In this document: in pieces, positions 37,501-49,400 of the stretch | Layout of the letters: every line of letters starts with the position of its first letter | Position numbering within the stretch: position 1 is the stretch's first letter | Source of the DNA: Macrostomum lignano | Taxonomy: Eukaryota | Assembly (NCBI GenBank): GCA_002269645.1 | Contig: NIVC01002043.1 | Span: 117,413-181,412, forward strand | Length of the DNA stretch: 64,000 nt | Direction: 5' to 3' | The notes under the pieces: generated by a model | Databases searched by the model: none | What the model was told of the DNA's origin: nothing | The model's input: only the letters and a program-made list of their open reading frames with translations | Program-made: the position numbers and the translations under genes

Positions 37501-40500
37501 TAGGGATTCTTTTGAAGGGGATTCTTTGCATGTGAGATGTTATGGATGGGCAATGCATTGGATGGGAAATTCTTCAGATAGGAGAATTCCTTGAATGGGG
37601 AATTCTTTGGATCCGGGATTCTATTGATAGGGGTTCTTTGGATGGGAGATTTTTTGATATGGATGGAGGTCGAGGATTTTTTGGATAGGGATGGATAGGG
37701 GGATTCTTCGGATCGGGGATTCTATCGATGGGGGTTCTTTGGATGGGGATTCTCTGCATGTAAGATTCTATGGATGGGCAATTCTTCAGATAGGAGAATT
37801 CCTTGAATGGGGAATTCTTCGGATCGGTGATTCTATCGATGGGAGGTTTTTTGGATGGCGGATTCTTTGCATGTGAGATTCTTTGCATCGTGGATTTTAT
37901 GGGTGGTGTATTCTTTGGATGAGGGATTCTTTGTATGGGAGATTCAGTTGGGTGAAATTTTATTGCGTGGGAAAACTGTGGCTGGAGTTTGGACGGAAAG
38001 CCTCAACGGGAGTTGGAATTGGCTAGCTGAGGAAATTGCTTCATTAATCTTGCTGGGGTACTTTCTATCAGGGGTTGCTTGCTATCGGAAGGACGCTTGC
38101 TCTTGGGGTATGCTTGCTCGGAAGAGAATTTTAAGATGTCAAGATTTACAAGGGGAATTATTGAGATACATGTATAAAATCTTACCTTGGGGAATTAATG
38201 ACATGTGAAGGCTTAAGTGGGACTTGCTGAGATGCCAAGGCTTGTGGGGGGAATTGCTGAGGTGTGAAGGCTTAAAAAGGAATTGCTGAGGTCTTAAGTC
38301 TCGGGGAGGGGAATCGCTAAGATGTCAAGACTTACTGGAGGAATTACTGAGATATGAAGGCTTACTGGGAGAATTACTGAGATATCAAGGCTTGGGGAGG
38401 GGAATTACTGAGATGTCAAGGCTTTGGACGGGGAGAAATTGGTAACATGTCAAGGCTTGCGCCGGAATTGCTTAGATGTCAATGCTTGGGGAAAATTTCT
38501 GAGGTGTCGAGGCTTGGGGAAATTGCTGAGATGTTAAGTCTTGGGGGAATTCTATGGATTGATGATTCTTTGGATGAGGGATGCTTCTAATGGATAAATT
38601 TGAATAGGTGATTCATTGGGCAATTTCTTCGGTGGGGCATTGTTTCGATTGAGGGTTATTTGAACGGGGGTTCTTTAGATGAGGGGATTCTGGATTCTTT
38701 GGCCAATTATGCTTTTGATGGGGGATTATTTAAGGATGTGAATTATTTAGAGGGGGGATTTTTTGGAGAAGGAATTTTTTGGATATGGATGGTTAAGGTG
38801 ATTATTTAGATAGGAATGGATGGGGAAATTCTTTGGATAGGGATGAATAGGAGGATTCTTGGGATAGGGATGGATGGGGGATTGTTTAGATAGGGATGGA
38901 TGGGCGATTCTTTGGATAGGGATGGGTGGGGGATTCTTTGGATAGAGGGTTTCTGTGGATGAGGGATTTCTTGAATAAGGGATTTATTGGACGGGGAATT
39001 CTTCAGATGGGAGGATTCCTTGAATGGGGAATTCTTCGGATCGGGGATTCTATCAATGGGATGGGATGGGGATGGGACGGGAAGGATTGGTATTCTTTGC
39101 ATGTGAGATTCTATGGATGGGCGATTCATTAAATAGGGAATTCTACAGATAGAGGATTCCTTGAATGGGGAATTCTTCGGATCGGGGATTCTGTCGATGG
39201 GAGGTTCTTTGTATGGGATTCTTTGGATGAGGGTTTTTTGCACGTGAGATTATTTGCATCAGGGACTTTATGGATTAGAGATTCTTTGGATGGGGGGGGG
39301 GTTCAGTTGGGTGAATTTCTTTTGCGTGGGAAAACTTTGGTAGGAGTTCTGACGGAAAGCCCCAACGGGGGTTGGAATTGGCTAGTCCTATATACTAAAA
39401 ATGAGTTGTTTGTTTGTTTGTTTGTACGCAATCGATTAGAGAAAAAATGGCTGGACCGATTTTCATGAGACTTGCACTGTTCGATCAGAAATTTTCCCGT
39501 GACGGTACATGCATCGTGGCTAAGAAATTGCTCGATGCTAAAGGCATTAAATATTCGAAAAACATGCTTTTTTGCAAAGGTCAAGCAAACTTTTCGACTT
39601 GAAATGCATTGTAAGAATGCTAGAGAAAAAACTGACTGGTTGAATTCTGATTCTGAAATAGATTGCATCATCACTGAATTGTAACTCCGACTTGTTGAAT
39701 TGAAAATGCAGTGTGGAAGCGTAGCACCAGACTTGATTTAAATTGCGTAACCATATTGTTAACTGATACTGACTGACTGAGAAACTGATTATGTCATAAC
39801 TGCTTCGTGTGATTTACTCTATGCTTGGATTTTAAAGTGTTGAATTATATAAATGCAAAATTTGATGTTATCAAAACGATGAGAGCTAGCCTAGAGGTGA
39901 ACAAACTGAACTGCTAAATGCAGCGACGGTGGTTCGAATTTTCATAGAGTGGATTTTTTTTAATTAAAGCTTTTCAACGTCAGGAAAACTAAAAGACTTT
40001 TTAAAAAGAAGCGTCCTGTAAAAATCATGGAAGCGTCATTTACAAAATCATAGAAGCATCATTTAAAAAATCATAGAAGCGTCATGTAAAAAATCATAGA
40101 AGCGTCATCTAAACAATCATCGAAGCGTCATGTAAACAATCATAGAAGCGTCATTTAAAAAATTTAAAAAAAGAGTGAATTGCGTCACTTGGGGCTGAGC
40201 TCTGAGAAAAATTGGCTACTTGTTTCAAGGCGCAAACTATAAAATGTTGCCGAGTGCATTTAACAGAGTAGCTAATCCCTCGCAAAAAATTCTCAATAGC
40301 TAAAAGTTATAAACTTGGAGACCGTGGACACTGACAGACTTACCCGAGTAACATTTTGGCGTAAGATCGGCGACGGGATAACCAACGAGACACTGTAGCG
40401 CCGCGACGGCCTGACCCTTCCAAGCCAACTCTGTTGCTTCGTTATTGACTCCAGCTTGGTTCCATCTCTCTATTTTGGTCTATTCAAAAAGTGTCTTTTG

Positions 40501-40844
40501 TTTAACAATCAAGTGACTGATTTGTATACAGACCGGTACTTTCGGTCATTGAACAATCACGCAATCACCGCCCAATGCAGGCCCAGTTCAACGATACGGT
40601 GTTCTTCGAGTTGAAGATTCTCCGTCGGATGTCGCAGCCCGGCCAGCCGGCCAAGCTGAACATCTACACCGGCCGGGCCAACCTGGCCAGCCAGATCGAC
40701 TCCGAGCGGGACAATTTCGGCCGCGAGGTGCACATCAGCATGGATTTGGACGAGCGCCTGTCGTCCACGTGCGACTTTGAGTTCGCTGGGCAGCAATTTT
40801 TCAGCCTGACGGCCAGGAAGATCGAGGCTTACTACTCCACCTGA
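34555..40844 (+). CDS. Uncharacterised 162-aa protein; exons 34555-34779 and 40581-40844
   Basis: Two GC-rich segments with host-like codon usage. CAG|GTGAAA donor and TGCAG| acceptor are both phase 0, giving KMQ|AQFNDTVFFELKI. No family recognised; an upstream exon is possible (acceptor near 34537). Confidence 0.7.
35456..38026 (+). mobile_element. Non-autonomous Helitron-like unit 1
   Basis: A|TCCAATATACTAAAA 5' end (duplicated at 35518); 3' end with hairpin-like CCTCAACGGGAGTTGG then CTAG (38023-38026); internal 28-bp and G-rich repeats. Confidence 0.6.
38110..39385 (+). mobile_element. Tandem duplicate of the 3' part of the Helitron-like unit
   Basis: Parallels 36590-38026 block by block; ends CCAACGGGGGTTGG-AATTGG-CTAG. 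Confidence 0.65.
39386..39990 (+). mobile_element. 5' part of a second Helitron-like unit, abutting the previous CTAG
   Basis: TCCTATATACTAAAA, (GTTT)n, GGCTGGACCGATTTTCATGA; 39730-39950 resembles 36235-36470. Confidence 0.65.
40020..40165. repeat. 21-bp minisatellite AAAATCATAGAAGCGTCATGT
   Basis: About 7 copies. Confidence 0.88.
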
Positions 40845-41122
40845 CCCGACTAAATTGATTTCTCTGATTCTCATTTAATAAAATTATCGAAAAAAAGTTT
40901 GACCGCGGTTGAAAATGTGTGTTGGAGCAAAAACACTTGTCTAATCCCAACCAAAGTGAGAAAAAAGCTGACATGTCATAAGCTTCAAACCTATTCGATT
41001 TTAAAAGGATTTCAGAGAGAACAAATATTTTTATGGAGTGACTGCTGTAATAATAACTCCACAAGGAAGGAGATCAATGGATACTTGCTAAATATTGTCC
41101 GTTGGCAATCAAGGACGTCCTT

Positions 41123-41410
41123 ACAGCCACTGTAATTGCGCGTGTACGGCATGCACAGCCACTGTAATTGCGTGTGTACGGCATGTACAGCCACTGTAAT
41201 TGCGTGTGTACGGCATGTACAGCCACTGTAATTGCGTGTGTACGGCATGTACAGCCACTGTAATTGCGTGTGTACGGCATGTACAGCCACTGTAATTGCG
41301 TGTGTACGGCATGTACAGCCACTGTAATTGCGTGTGTACGGCATGTACAGCCACTGTAATTGCGTGTGTACGGCATGCACAGCCACTGTAATTGCGTGTG
41401 TACGGCATGC
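41123..41410. repeat. 32-bp minisatellite TACAGCCACTGTAATTGCGTGTGTACGGCATG
   Basis: About 9 near-identical copies. Confidence 0.96.
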
Positions 41411-41719
41411 AAGCGCTGAGATTGTGGATGCATGTAGGGAGACTTTCGAACTCCCCCCCCCGACTCACACCACCGTAGATTTCTGCTCAGAGCTGCTAAC
41501 TCCCTGTCACAGAAAGCAGAACTGGATCTTAAGCCGAGCATTTTTATGCAATTGTATCGAGTAGTGTGGAATCAAGCGACGTGTTGTGCAGTCGGCAACT
41601 GGACGGGCCACAACATCCACGCCGAGTCGTATTGCCCATAGCCGGTGTAGGAGGTGCTGCTTCTGACGCTGCAGGCACCCTACAAGCGAGGACAGGCTTG
41701 CTCAACTGTCTAACAAGCT

Positions 41720-42005
41720 CGTGTCACTGTCGAACATGTTTGTGTCACTACTGCTGAACGTGTTTGTGTCACTGTCGAACGTGTTTGTGTCACTGTCGAA
41801 CATGTTTGTGTCACTACTGCCGAACGTGTTTGTGTCACTGCCGAACATGTTTGTGTCACTGCCGAACATGTTTGTGTCACTGCCGAACATGTTTGTGTCA
41901 CTGCCGAACGAGTTTGTCACTGCCGAACATGTTTGTGTCACTGTCGAACATGTTTGTGTCACTGCCGAACATGTTTGTGTCACTGCCGAACGTGTTTGTG
42001 TCACT
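41720..42005. repeat. 21-bp minisatellite GTCACTGCCGAACATGTTTGT
   Basis: About 13 copies. Confidence 0.94.
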
Positions 42006-42699
42006 TCCGTGGCCAACATCCTATTGACTTTGCCATGAATGAATTATAATTCTTTCATGCATAAATGTAATCAAGTTTTTGTGTAACGAATTAAAAAGGA
42101 CTCAAGGACTCAGACCAGAGTCCGTTAGATTCGATTTAATTATTCTGTTCATTCGATAATTAAATCTGGAGTAAAAATGCTGATATGACTAAAGTCAATT
42201 AGAATTCATGAAGTTGCGACACAGAACAGATAAGCACTAATTAGCATGGCTTCAAGAGATATGATGAAGGATTTGTATGAATGTTGGCTATATAAAAATC
42301 ATTACAGAGTCGGTGCCACCCGTCTGCATCATAAAACACAATTAAAAAATAATTTTTGCCAATCATTAAAGAAGACGACGCCACACGGTCGCATAAGCAA
42401 TAAAAATAATTTACAGCAAATCGCGTACAGTTAGAGGCAGGGTTGACACCTGAACCAATGATTAAATCCTAGGTAACAGGTTCGCCTAGCTACTTATTAG
42501 GTTATGCTCTAACTGAGCCAATTTCTACTGAAAATTGCTCGCTATTGCAAGCATTGAATTGCGATTTAAGCAAAATTTTGCATATAGAACTCTAGAAGTC
42601 CCACGTCAGATACATGCATTCGGGTCTAGTTGCGCGAAAATGGGTATAAGGGTTCAGTGACCCATTTTTCCTATAGGGATCCTCCTAGACATGGGGCTG

Positions 42700-43350
42700 C
42701 ATGTGACCAGTGGAATGCTTGGGAATAGGGGTAGAGGTGACCAGTTGAATGCTTGGGAATAGGGGTAGAGGTGACCAGTGGAATGCTTGGGAATGGGGGT
42801 AGAGGTGACCAGTGGAATGCTTGGGAATAGGGGTAGAGGTGACCAGTGGAATGCTTGGGAATAGGGGTAGAGGTGACCAGTGGAATGCTTGGGAATAGGG
42901 GTAGAGGTGACCAGTGGATTGCTTGGGAATAGGGGTAGAGGTGACCAGTGGAATGCTTCCAGGGAATAGGGGTAGAGGTGACCAGTGGATTGTTTGGGAA
43001 TAGGGGTAGAGGTGACCAGTGGAATGCTTCCAGGGAATAGGGGTAGAGGTGACCAGTGGAATGCTTGGGAATAGGGGTAGAGGTGACCAGTGGAATGCTT
43101 GGGAATAGGGGTAGAGGTGACCAGTGGATTGTTTGGGAATAGGGGTAGAGGTGACCAGTGGAATGCTTCCAGGGAATAGGGGTAGAGGTGACCAGTGGAA
43201 TGCTTGGGAATAGGGGTAGAGGTGACCAGTGGATTGTTTGGGAATAGGGGTAGAGGTGACTAGTGGAATGCTTCCAGGGAATAGGGGTAGAGGTGACCAG
43301 TGGAATGCTTGGGAATAGAGGTAGAGGTGACCAGTGGATTGCTTGGGAAT
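42700..43350. repeat. 34/37-bp minisatellite GAATGCTTGGGAATAGGGGTAGAGGTGACCAGTG
   Basis: About 18 copies in two length variants. Confidence 0.95.
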
Positions 43351-43452
43351 AAAGTATATAGGTGGCCAGTTTAAAAAATACTGGACCCGCATTAGCTATG
43401 CTATGGACTTAAGCAATATTTTCCTGTTTCATTAATTACAATAAATCTTATT

Positions 43453-46400
43453 TTAACGTCCATTCTCTATGCTGGCGACGCGTTGAACGAGGCTGTCTAA
43501 TTGGCGAGACAACTTTGACACGCCTCTCAAGGTCCAACCAATTTGATGCTCCAGCGCCGGCCGCTTGAGGAACAGCGGGTCATCTACGAATGAAGACTCT
43601 GCCGCTGTCGCGCTGCGGGTTCCAGAAGTGGGCGAGGAGAGGCTTGGGTTGTAAATGCTCAAAAATTTACTGCACTGGATTAATTTATTCTACGATTGAA
43701 TGACGCAGCCCGATGAAAACGATATGGAGACCAAGAAGCGTTCCAGAGTCACTAAAAATAGTAAAGAAATGACTCTAGGCGACTCTAAAACGACGACATG
43801 TCACTGTACAAATCGTCTAAGAGTCAAGTTGAGGCGTTTTATTGTCAGCAACTCTGAAACGACTCTTGGGTGAGGCAAGGAACTCTGGGGCGCTTCTATG
43901 AAGGCTTTCAGGACAGATAGTCGTATCTGAGGCCTGCCAGAGTCGCCAAAGAATCACTGAGTTGCGTCTAAAGCGCATCTGCGTCACTTTATGAATTAGA
44001 ATCGCATTTCGCATTTATAACAACTCTATTTAGACTACTTGAGTTAGTAGAATGTTAAACACTAACACAACGACTCTTGGATGGCTTTTCTTGACTCTTT
44101 TACGATTCTGCAACTCAAGTGATGCGCTCGTGACTCAACAGTCGCCTCTCCGTCGCGTTACAGTCGTTTGAGTCGTCACAAGAGTCGCTAGAGTCACTAG
44201 ACAGTTGTTTGTAATGACTTTAAGCGATTCTTGTCACATGACGTTTTCGACGGGCCCTACCAGACAAAAAATAATGCTTACATTTGCGTCGCCGCGAGAG
44301 CCGCGACCTGCCTTTGCAGCAATATTACCCGGTAAGAGAGAGTGACAGCAGATATTGTGCATAGAAGGAGGCTGCAACGGTAATTGTTTACATAGGTTAA
44401 AATGGTTCTTTTTTATTTTCCTCCTTTATAACTGTACAAATCAAGGTCACTAAAACTCCACTTTCAACAAATTCAAGATGGCTAAGAGAACGGTGGTTTT
44501 TGGTTCTGAATATGCTGGAGGGACAGTGGCTTTGGTCTTGGATATCCTGGAGGGACAGTGGCTTTGGTCTTGAATATCCTGGAGGGACAGTGGCTTTGGT
44601 CCTGGATATCCTGGAGGGACAGTGGCTTTGGTCCTGGATATCCTGGAGGGACAGTGGCTTTGGTCTTGAATATCCTGGAGGGACAGTGGCTTTGGTCTTG
44701 GATATCCTGGAGGGACAGTGGCTTTGGTCTTGGATATCCTGGAGGGACAGTGGCTTTGGTCTTGAATATCCTGGAGGGACAGTGGCTTTGGTCCTGGATA
44801 TCCTGGAGGGACAGTGGCTTTGGTCCTGGATATCCTGGAGGGACAGTGGCTTTGGTCCTGGATATCCTGGAGGGACAGTGGCTTTGGTCCTGGATATCCT
44901 GGAAGGACAGTGGCTTTGGTCCTGGATATCCTGGAGGGACAGTGGCTTTGGTCTTGGATATCCTGGAGGGACAGTGGCTTTGGTCTTGAATATCCTGGAG
45001 GGACAGTGGCTTTGGTCTTGGATATCCTGGAGGGACAGTGGCTTTGGTCCTGGATATCCTGGAGGGACAGTGGCTTTGGTCTTGAATATCCTGGAGGGAC
45101 AGTGGCTTTGGTCCTGGATATCCCGGAGGGACAGTGGCTTTGGTCCTGGATATCCCGGAGGGACAGTGGCTTTGGTCTTGAATATCCTGGAGGGACAGTG
45201 GCTTTGGTCCTGGATATCCTGGAGGGAGTGGCTTTGGTCCTGGATATCCCGGAGGGACAGTGGCTTTGGTCCTGGATATCCTGGAGGGACAGTGGCTTTG
45301 GTCCTGGATATCCTGGAGGGACAGTGGCTTTGGTCGTGGATTGATAGTTCCTCCAGCTATAGCGCCAGCGTACGAGAGCGGGATAGCAGAAGAAGACAAC
45401 AACTCACAGCATCAGAGAGACAACTGCCCCCGCTGACACCCAAGTGAGTCGCGGTGCGTATCGAACAGGAGTAGCCAGTTTTGCCAGCCAGCGGTGGCAG
45501 ACACTGTTCAATCTTCCAGTCTCCATAGCTGGCTGACTTTGACTTACTTGACTTAGCTGCAGGGCGGTCCGAAGACGCAGCGGGGAGGCGAGCGTCGCCC
45601 ATTCCATAGCTGGCTGATTTCTGTTCGTCTCTAACTGCCGGTCCTCTTGCTGTTCCTCTTGCTGCTCCTCTTGCTGCTCCTCTTGCTCCTCTTCCTCCTC
45701 CTCCTCCTCCACATTGCCATCGAGCTCTTCTCCGTCGTCCTCTATTCGATCGCCGACGTCCTGTTGTAACTGCAGCTGCTGAACAACTGGGCTGGCGTCG
45801 AATCCCGAGTCACCTGAGTCGTCCGTTGAAGCTTCGACCTGACTGACGACGGCCTGTTGATTGGATTGAGAGCGGGATGTGGAATATTTCTTCAGCTTTA
45901 ACCGGGTTAGTTCCTTAGCTTCTTAAGGAAAATTATGTTTACAGCCGGCTATCTAGCCAAAGATATCAGAATCCCCCTATGAGCCTTGACATTTCAGTAG
46001 TAAGCCTTGACTTCTCAGCAGTTCCCACATGAGTCTTGACATCTTGGTAATCCCCCATGAGCCTTGACATATCAGCAATCCCCATGAGCCTTGACATATC
46101 AGCAATCCCCCATGAGCCTTGACATATCAGCAATCCCCCATGAGCCTTGACATATCAGCAATCCCCCATGAGCCTTGACATATCAGCAATCCCCCATGAG
46201 CCTTGACATATCAGCAATCCCCCATGAGCCTTGACATATCAGCAATCCCCCATGAGCCTTGACATATCAGCAATCCCCCATGAGCCTTGACATATCAGCA
46301 ATCCCCCATGAGCCTTGACATATCAGCAATCCCCCATGAGCCTTGACATATCAGCAATCCCCCATGAGCCTTGACATATCAGCAATCCCCCATGAGCCTT

Positions 46401-49400
46401 GACATATCAGCAATCCCCCATGAGCCTTGACATATCAGCAATCCCCCATGAGCCTTGACATATCAGCAATCCCCCATGAGCCTTGACATATCAGCAATCC
46501 CCCATGAGCCTTGACATATCAGCAATCCCCCATGAGCCTTGACATATCAGCAATCCCCCATGAGCCTTGACATATCAGCAATCCCCCATGAGCCTTGACA
46601 TATCAGCAATCCCCCATGAGCCTTGACATATCAGCAATCCCCCATGAGCCTTGACATATCAGCAATCCCCCATGAGCCTTGACATATCAGCAATCCCCCA
46701 TGAGCCTTGACATATCAGCAATCCCCATGAGCCTTGACATATCAGCAATCCCCCATGAGCCTTGACATATCAGCAATCCCCCATGAGCCTTGACATATCA
46801 GCAATCCCCCATGAGCCTTGACATATCAGCAATCCCCCATGAGCCTTGACATATCAGCAATCCCCCATGAGCCTTGACATATCAGCAATCCCCCATGAGC
46901 CTTGACATATCAGCAATCCCCCATGAGCCTTGACATATCAGCAATCCCCCATGAGCCTTGACATATCAGCAATCCCCCATGAGCCTTGACATATCAGCAA
47001 TCCCCCATGAGCCTTGACATATCAGCAATCCCCCATGAGCCTTGACATATCAGCAATCCCCCATGAGCCTTGACATATCAGCAATCCCCCATGAGCCTTG
47101 ACATATCAGCAATCCCCCATGAGCCTTGAAAAACCAAGCCCAACCAAACCTTAAACCTTGGCATTTCAGCCACCTGTACGAGCTAAGTAAGTGCGTAATT
47201 AATAACTCATACTAATGAGAGTGGCATTTGACTGAAGTTACTAAGATAACCACTTCTTTTATTGCTTCACATCAGTTTAAATGTAAGGCAGAAGCAGAAA
47301 TCTGGAAACAAATACTCGTAGAATAGGAAAGAAGAGAAGAGAGACGGCCACAAACTCAATGGAGTCTGAATTTCTATTCTTAGAGCGAATCACGCCACCA
47401 TTTTGCTTACGGGGAGTGGCGAGCAAAAGGCGTGACTGCGAACTTAATAGCATAAACTTAGAAAGAGCCCTGTCAGTAGAATTAAATATGAAACTCTAAC
47501 TGCTTGTCAAACTTTGCTCATCTATTTTCAACTCGAAGATCTGAGGCGCATTTTAGCCTATCTGAGCTACAGTCTAGCCTCAATCTGAGCTACAGTCTAG
47601 CCTCAATCTGAGCTACAGTCTAGCCTCAATCTGAGCTACAGTCTAGCCTCAATCTGAGCTACAGTCTAGCCTCAATCTGAGCTACAGTCTAGCCTCAATC
47701 TGAGCTACAGTCTAGCCTCAATCTGAGCTACAGTCTAGCCTCAATCTGAGCTACAGTCTAGCCCCAATCTGAGCTACAGTCTAGCCTCAATCTGAGCTAC
47801 AGTCTAGCCTCAATCTGAGCTACAGTCTAGCCTCAATCTGAGCTACAGTCTAGCCTCAATCTGAGCTACAGTCTAGCCTCAATCTGAGCTACAGTCTAGC
47901 CTCAATCTGAGCTACAGTCTAGCCTCAATCTGAGCTACAGTCTAGCCTCAATCTGAGCTACAGTCTAGCCTCAATCTGAGCTACAGTCTAGCCTCAATCT
48001 GAGCTACAGTCTAGCCTCAATCTGAGCTACAGTCTAGCCTCAATCTGAGCTACAGTCTAGCCTCAATCTGAGCTACAGTCTAGCCTCAATCTGAGCTACA
48101 GTCTAGCCTCAATCTGAGCTACAGTCTAGCCTCAATCTGAGCTACAGTCTAGCCTCAATCTGAGCTACAGTCTAGCCTCAATCTGAGCTACAGTCTAGCC
48201 TCAATCTGAGCTACAGTCTAGCCTCAATCTGAGCTACAGTCTAGCCTCAATCTGAGCTACAGTCTAGCCTCAATCTGAGCTACAGTCTAGCCTCAATCTG
48301 AGCTACAGTCTAGCCTCAATCTGAGCTACAGTCTAGCCTCAATTTGAGCTACAGTCTAGCCTCAATCTGAGCTACAGTCTAGCCTCAATCTGAGCTACAG
48401 TCTAGCCTCAATCTGAGCTACAGTCTAGCCTCAATCTGAGCTACAGTCTAGCCTCAATCTGAGCTACAGTCTAGCCTCAATCTGAGCTACAGTCTAGCCT
48501 CAATCTGAGCTACAGTCTAGCCTCAATCTGAGCTACAGTCTAGCCTCAATCTGAGCTACAGTCTAGCCTCAATCTGAGCTACAGTCTAGCCTCAATCTGA
48601 GCTACAGTCTAGCCTCAATCTGAGCTACAGTCTAGCCTCAATCTGAGCTACAGTCTAGCCTCAATCTGAGCTACAGTCTAGCCTCAATCTGAGCTACAGT
48701 CTAGCCTCAATCTGAGCTACAGTCTAGCCTCAATCTGAGCTACAGTCTAGCCTCAATTTGAGCAAACCAAAGCAACCTAAAAGATGCGTCCTCACCAGAG
48801 CAGCGTGGGATTCTACAATTGCGCTGGCACTGTTCGCTGCATCAGCTGAGGCATCCCAGGCGGACTGCAGCTGCTGCAGCAGTCGATCTCGGGAGCCAAT
48901 GTTTGAGAAGGTTACCTAAAAAATATGACAAAAGAAGCATTTTTTAATATTAAATAGTTAATGCAGATTGGCAAAGCTTATGACTCAAGTTATTTTTCTG
49001 ATGCCCAAAACATAGTGACTTAGAGCTTTATGACATAGATCCTTATGACTCAGATCCTTATGAACCAGATCCATATGACCCAGATCCTTATGACCCGGAT
49101 CCTTATGACCCAGATCCTTATGACCCAGATCCTTATGACCCAGATTCTTATGACCCAGATCCTTATGACTCAGATCCTTATCATCCAGATCCTTATGACC
49201 TAGATTCAAATGACCTAGATTCTTATGACCCAGATCCTTATGACCCAGATCCTTATGACCCAGATTCTTATGACCCAGATCCTTATGACTCAGATCCTTA
49301 TCATCCAGATCCTTATGACCCAGATCCTTATCATCCAGATCCTTATGACCTAGATTCAAATGACCTAGATTCTTATGACCCAGATCCTTATGACCCAGAT

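Noticed and set aside
44482-45447. Repetitive ORFs on both strands (also 42685-43392, 41012-41541, 41702-42038, 21372-21770, 15052-15454, 6652-7092, 37139-37558)
   Set aside because: All are minisatellite translations.
41123-48763. CRISPR-like appearance of 23-37-bp repeat arrays
   Set aside because: Units are directly adjacent with no unique spacers, there are no cas genes, and the context is eukaryotic introns.
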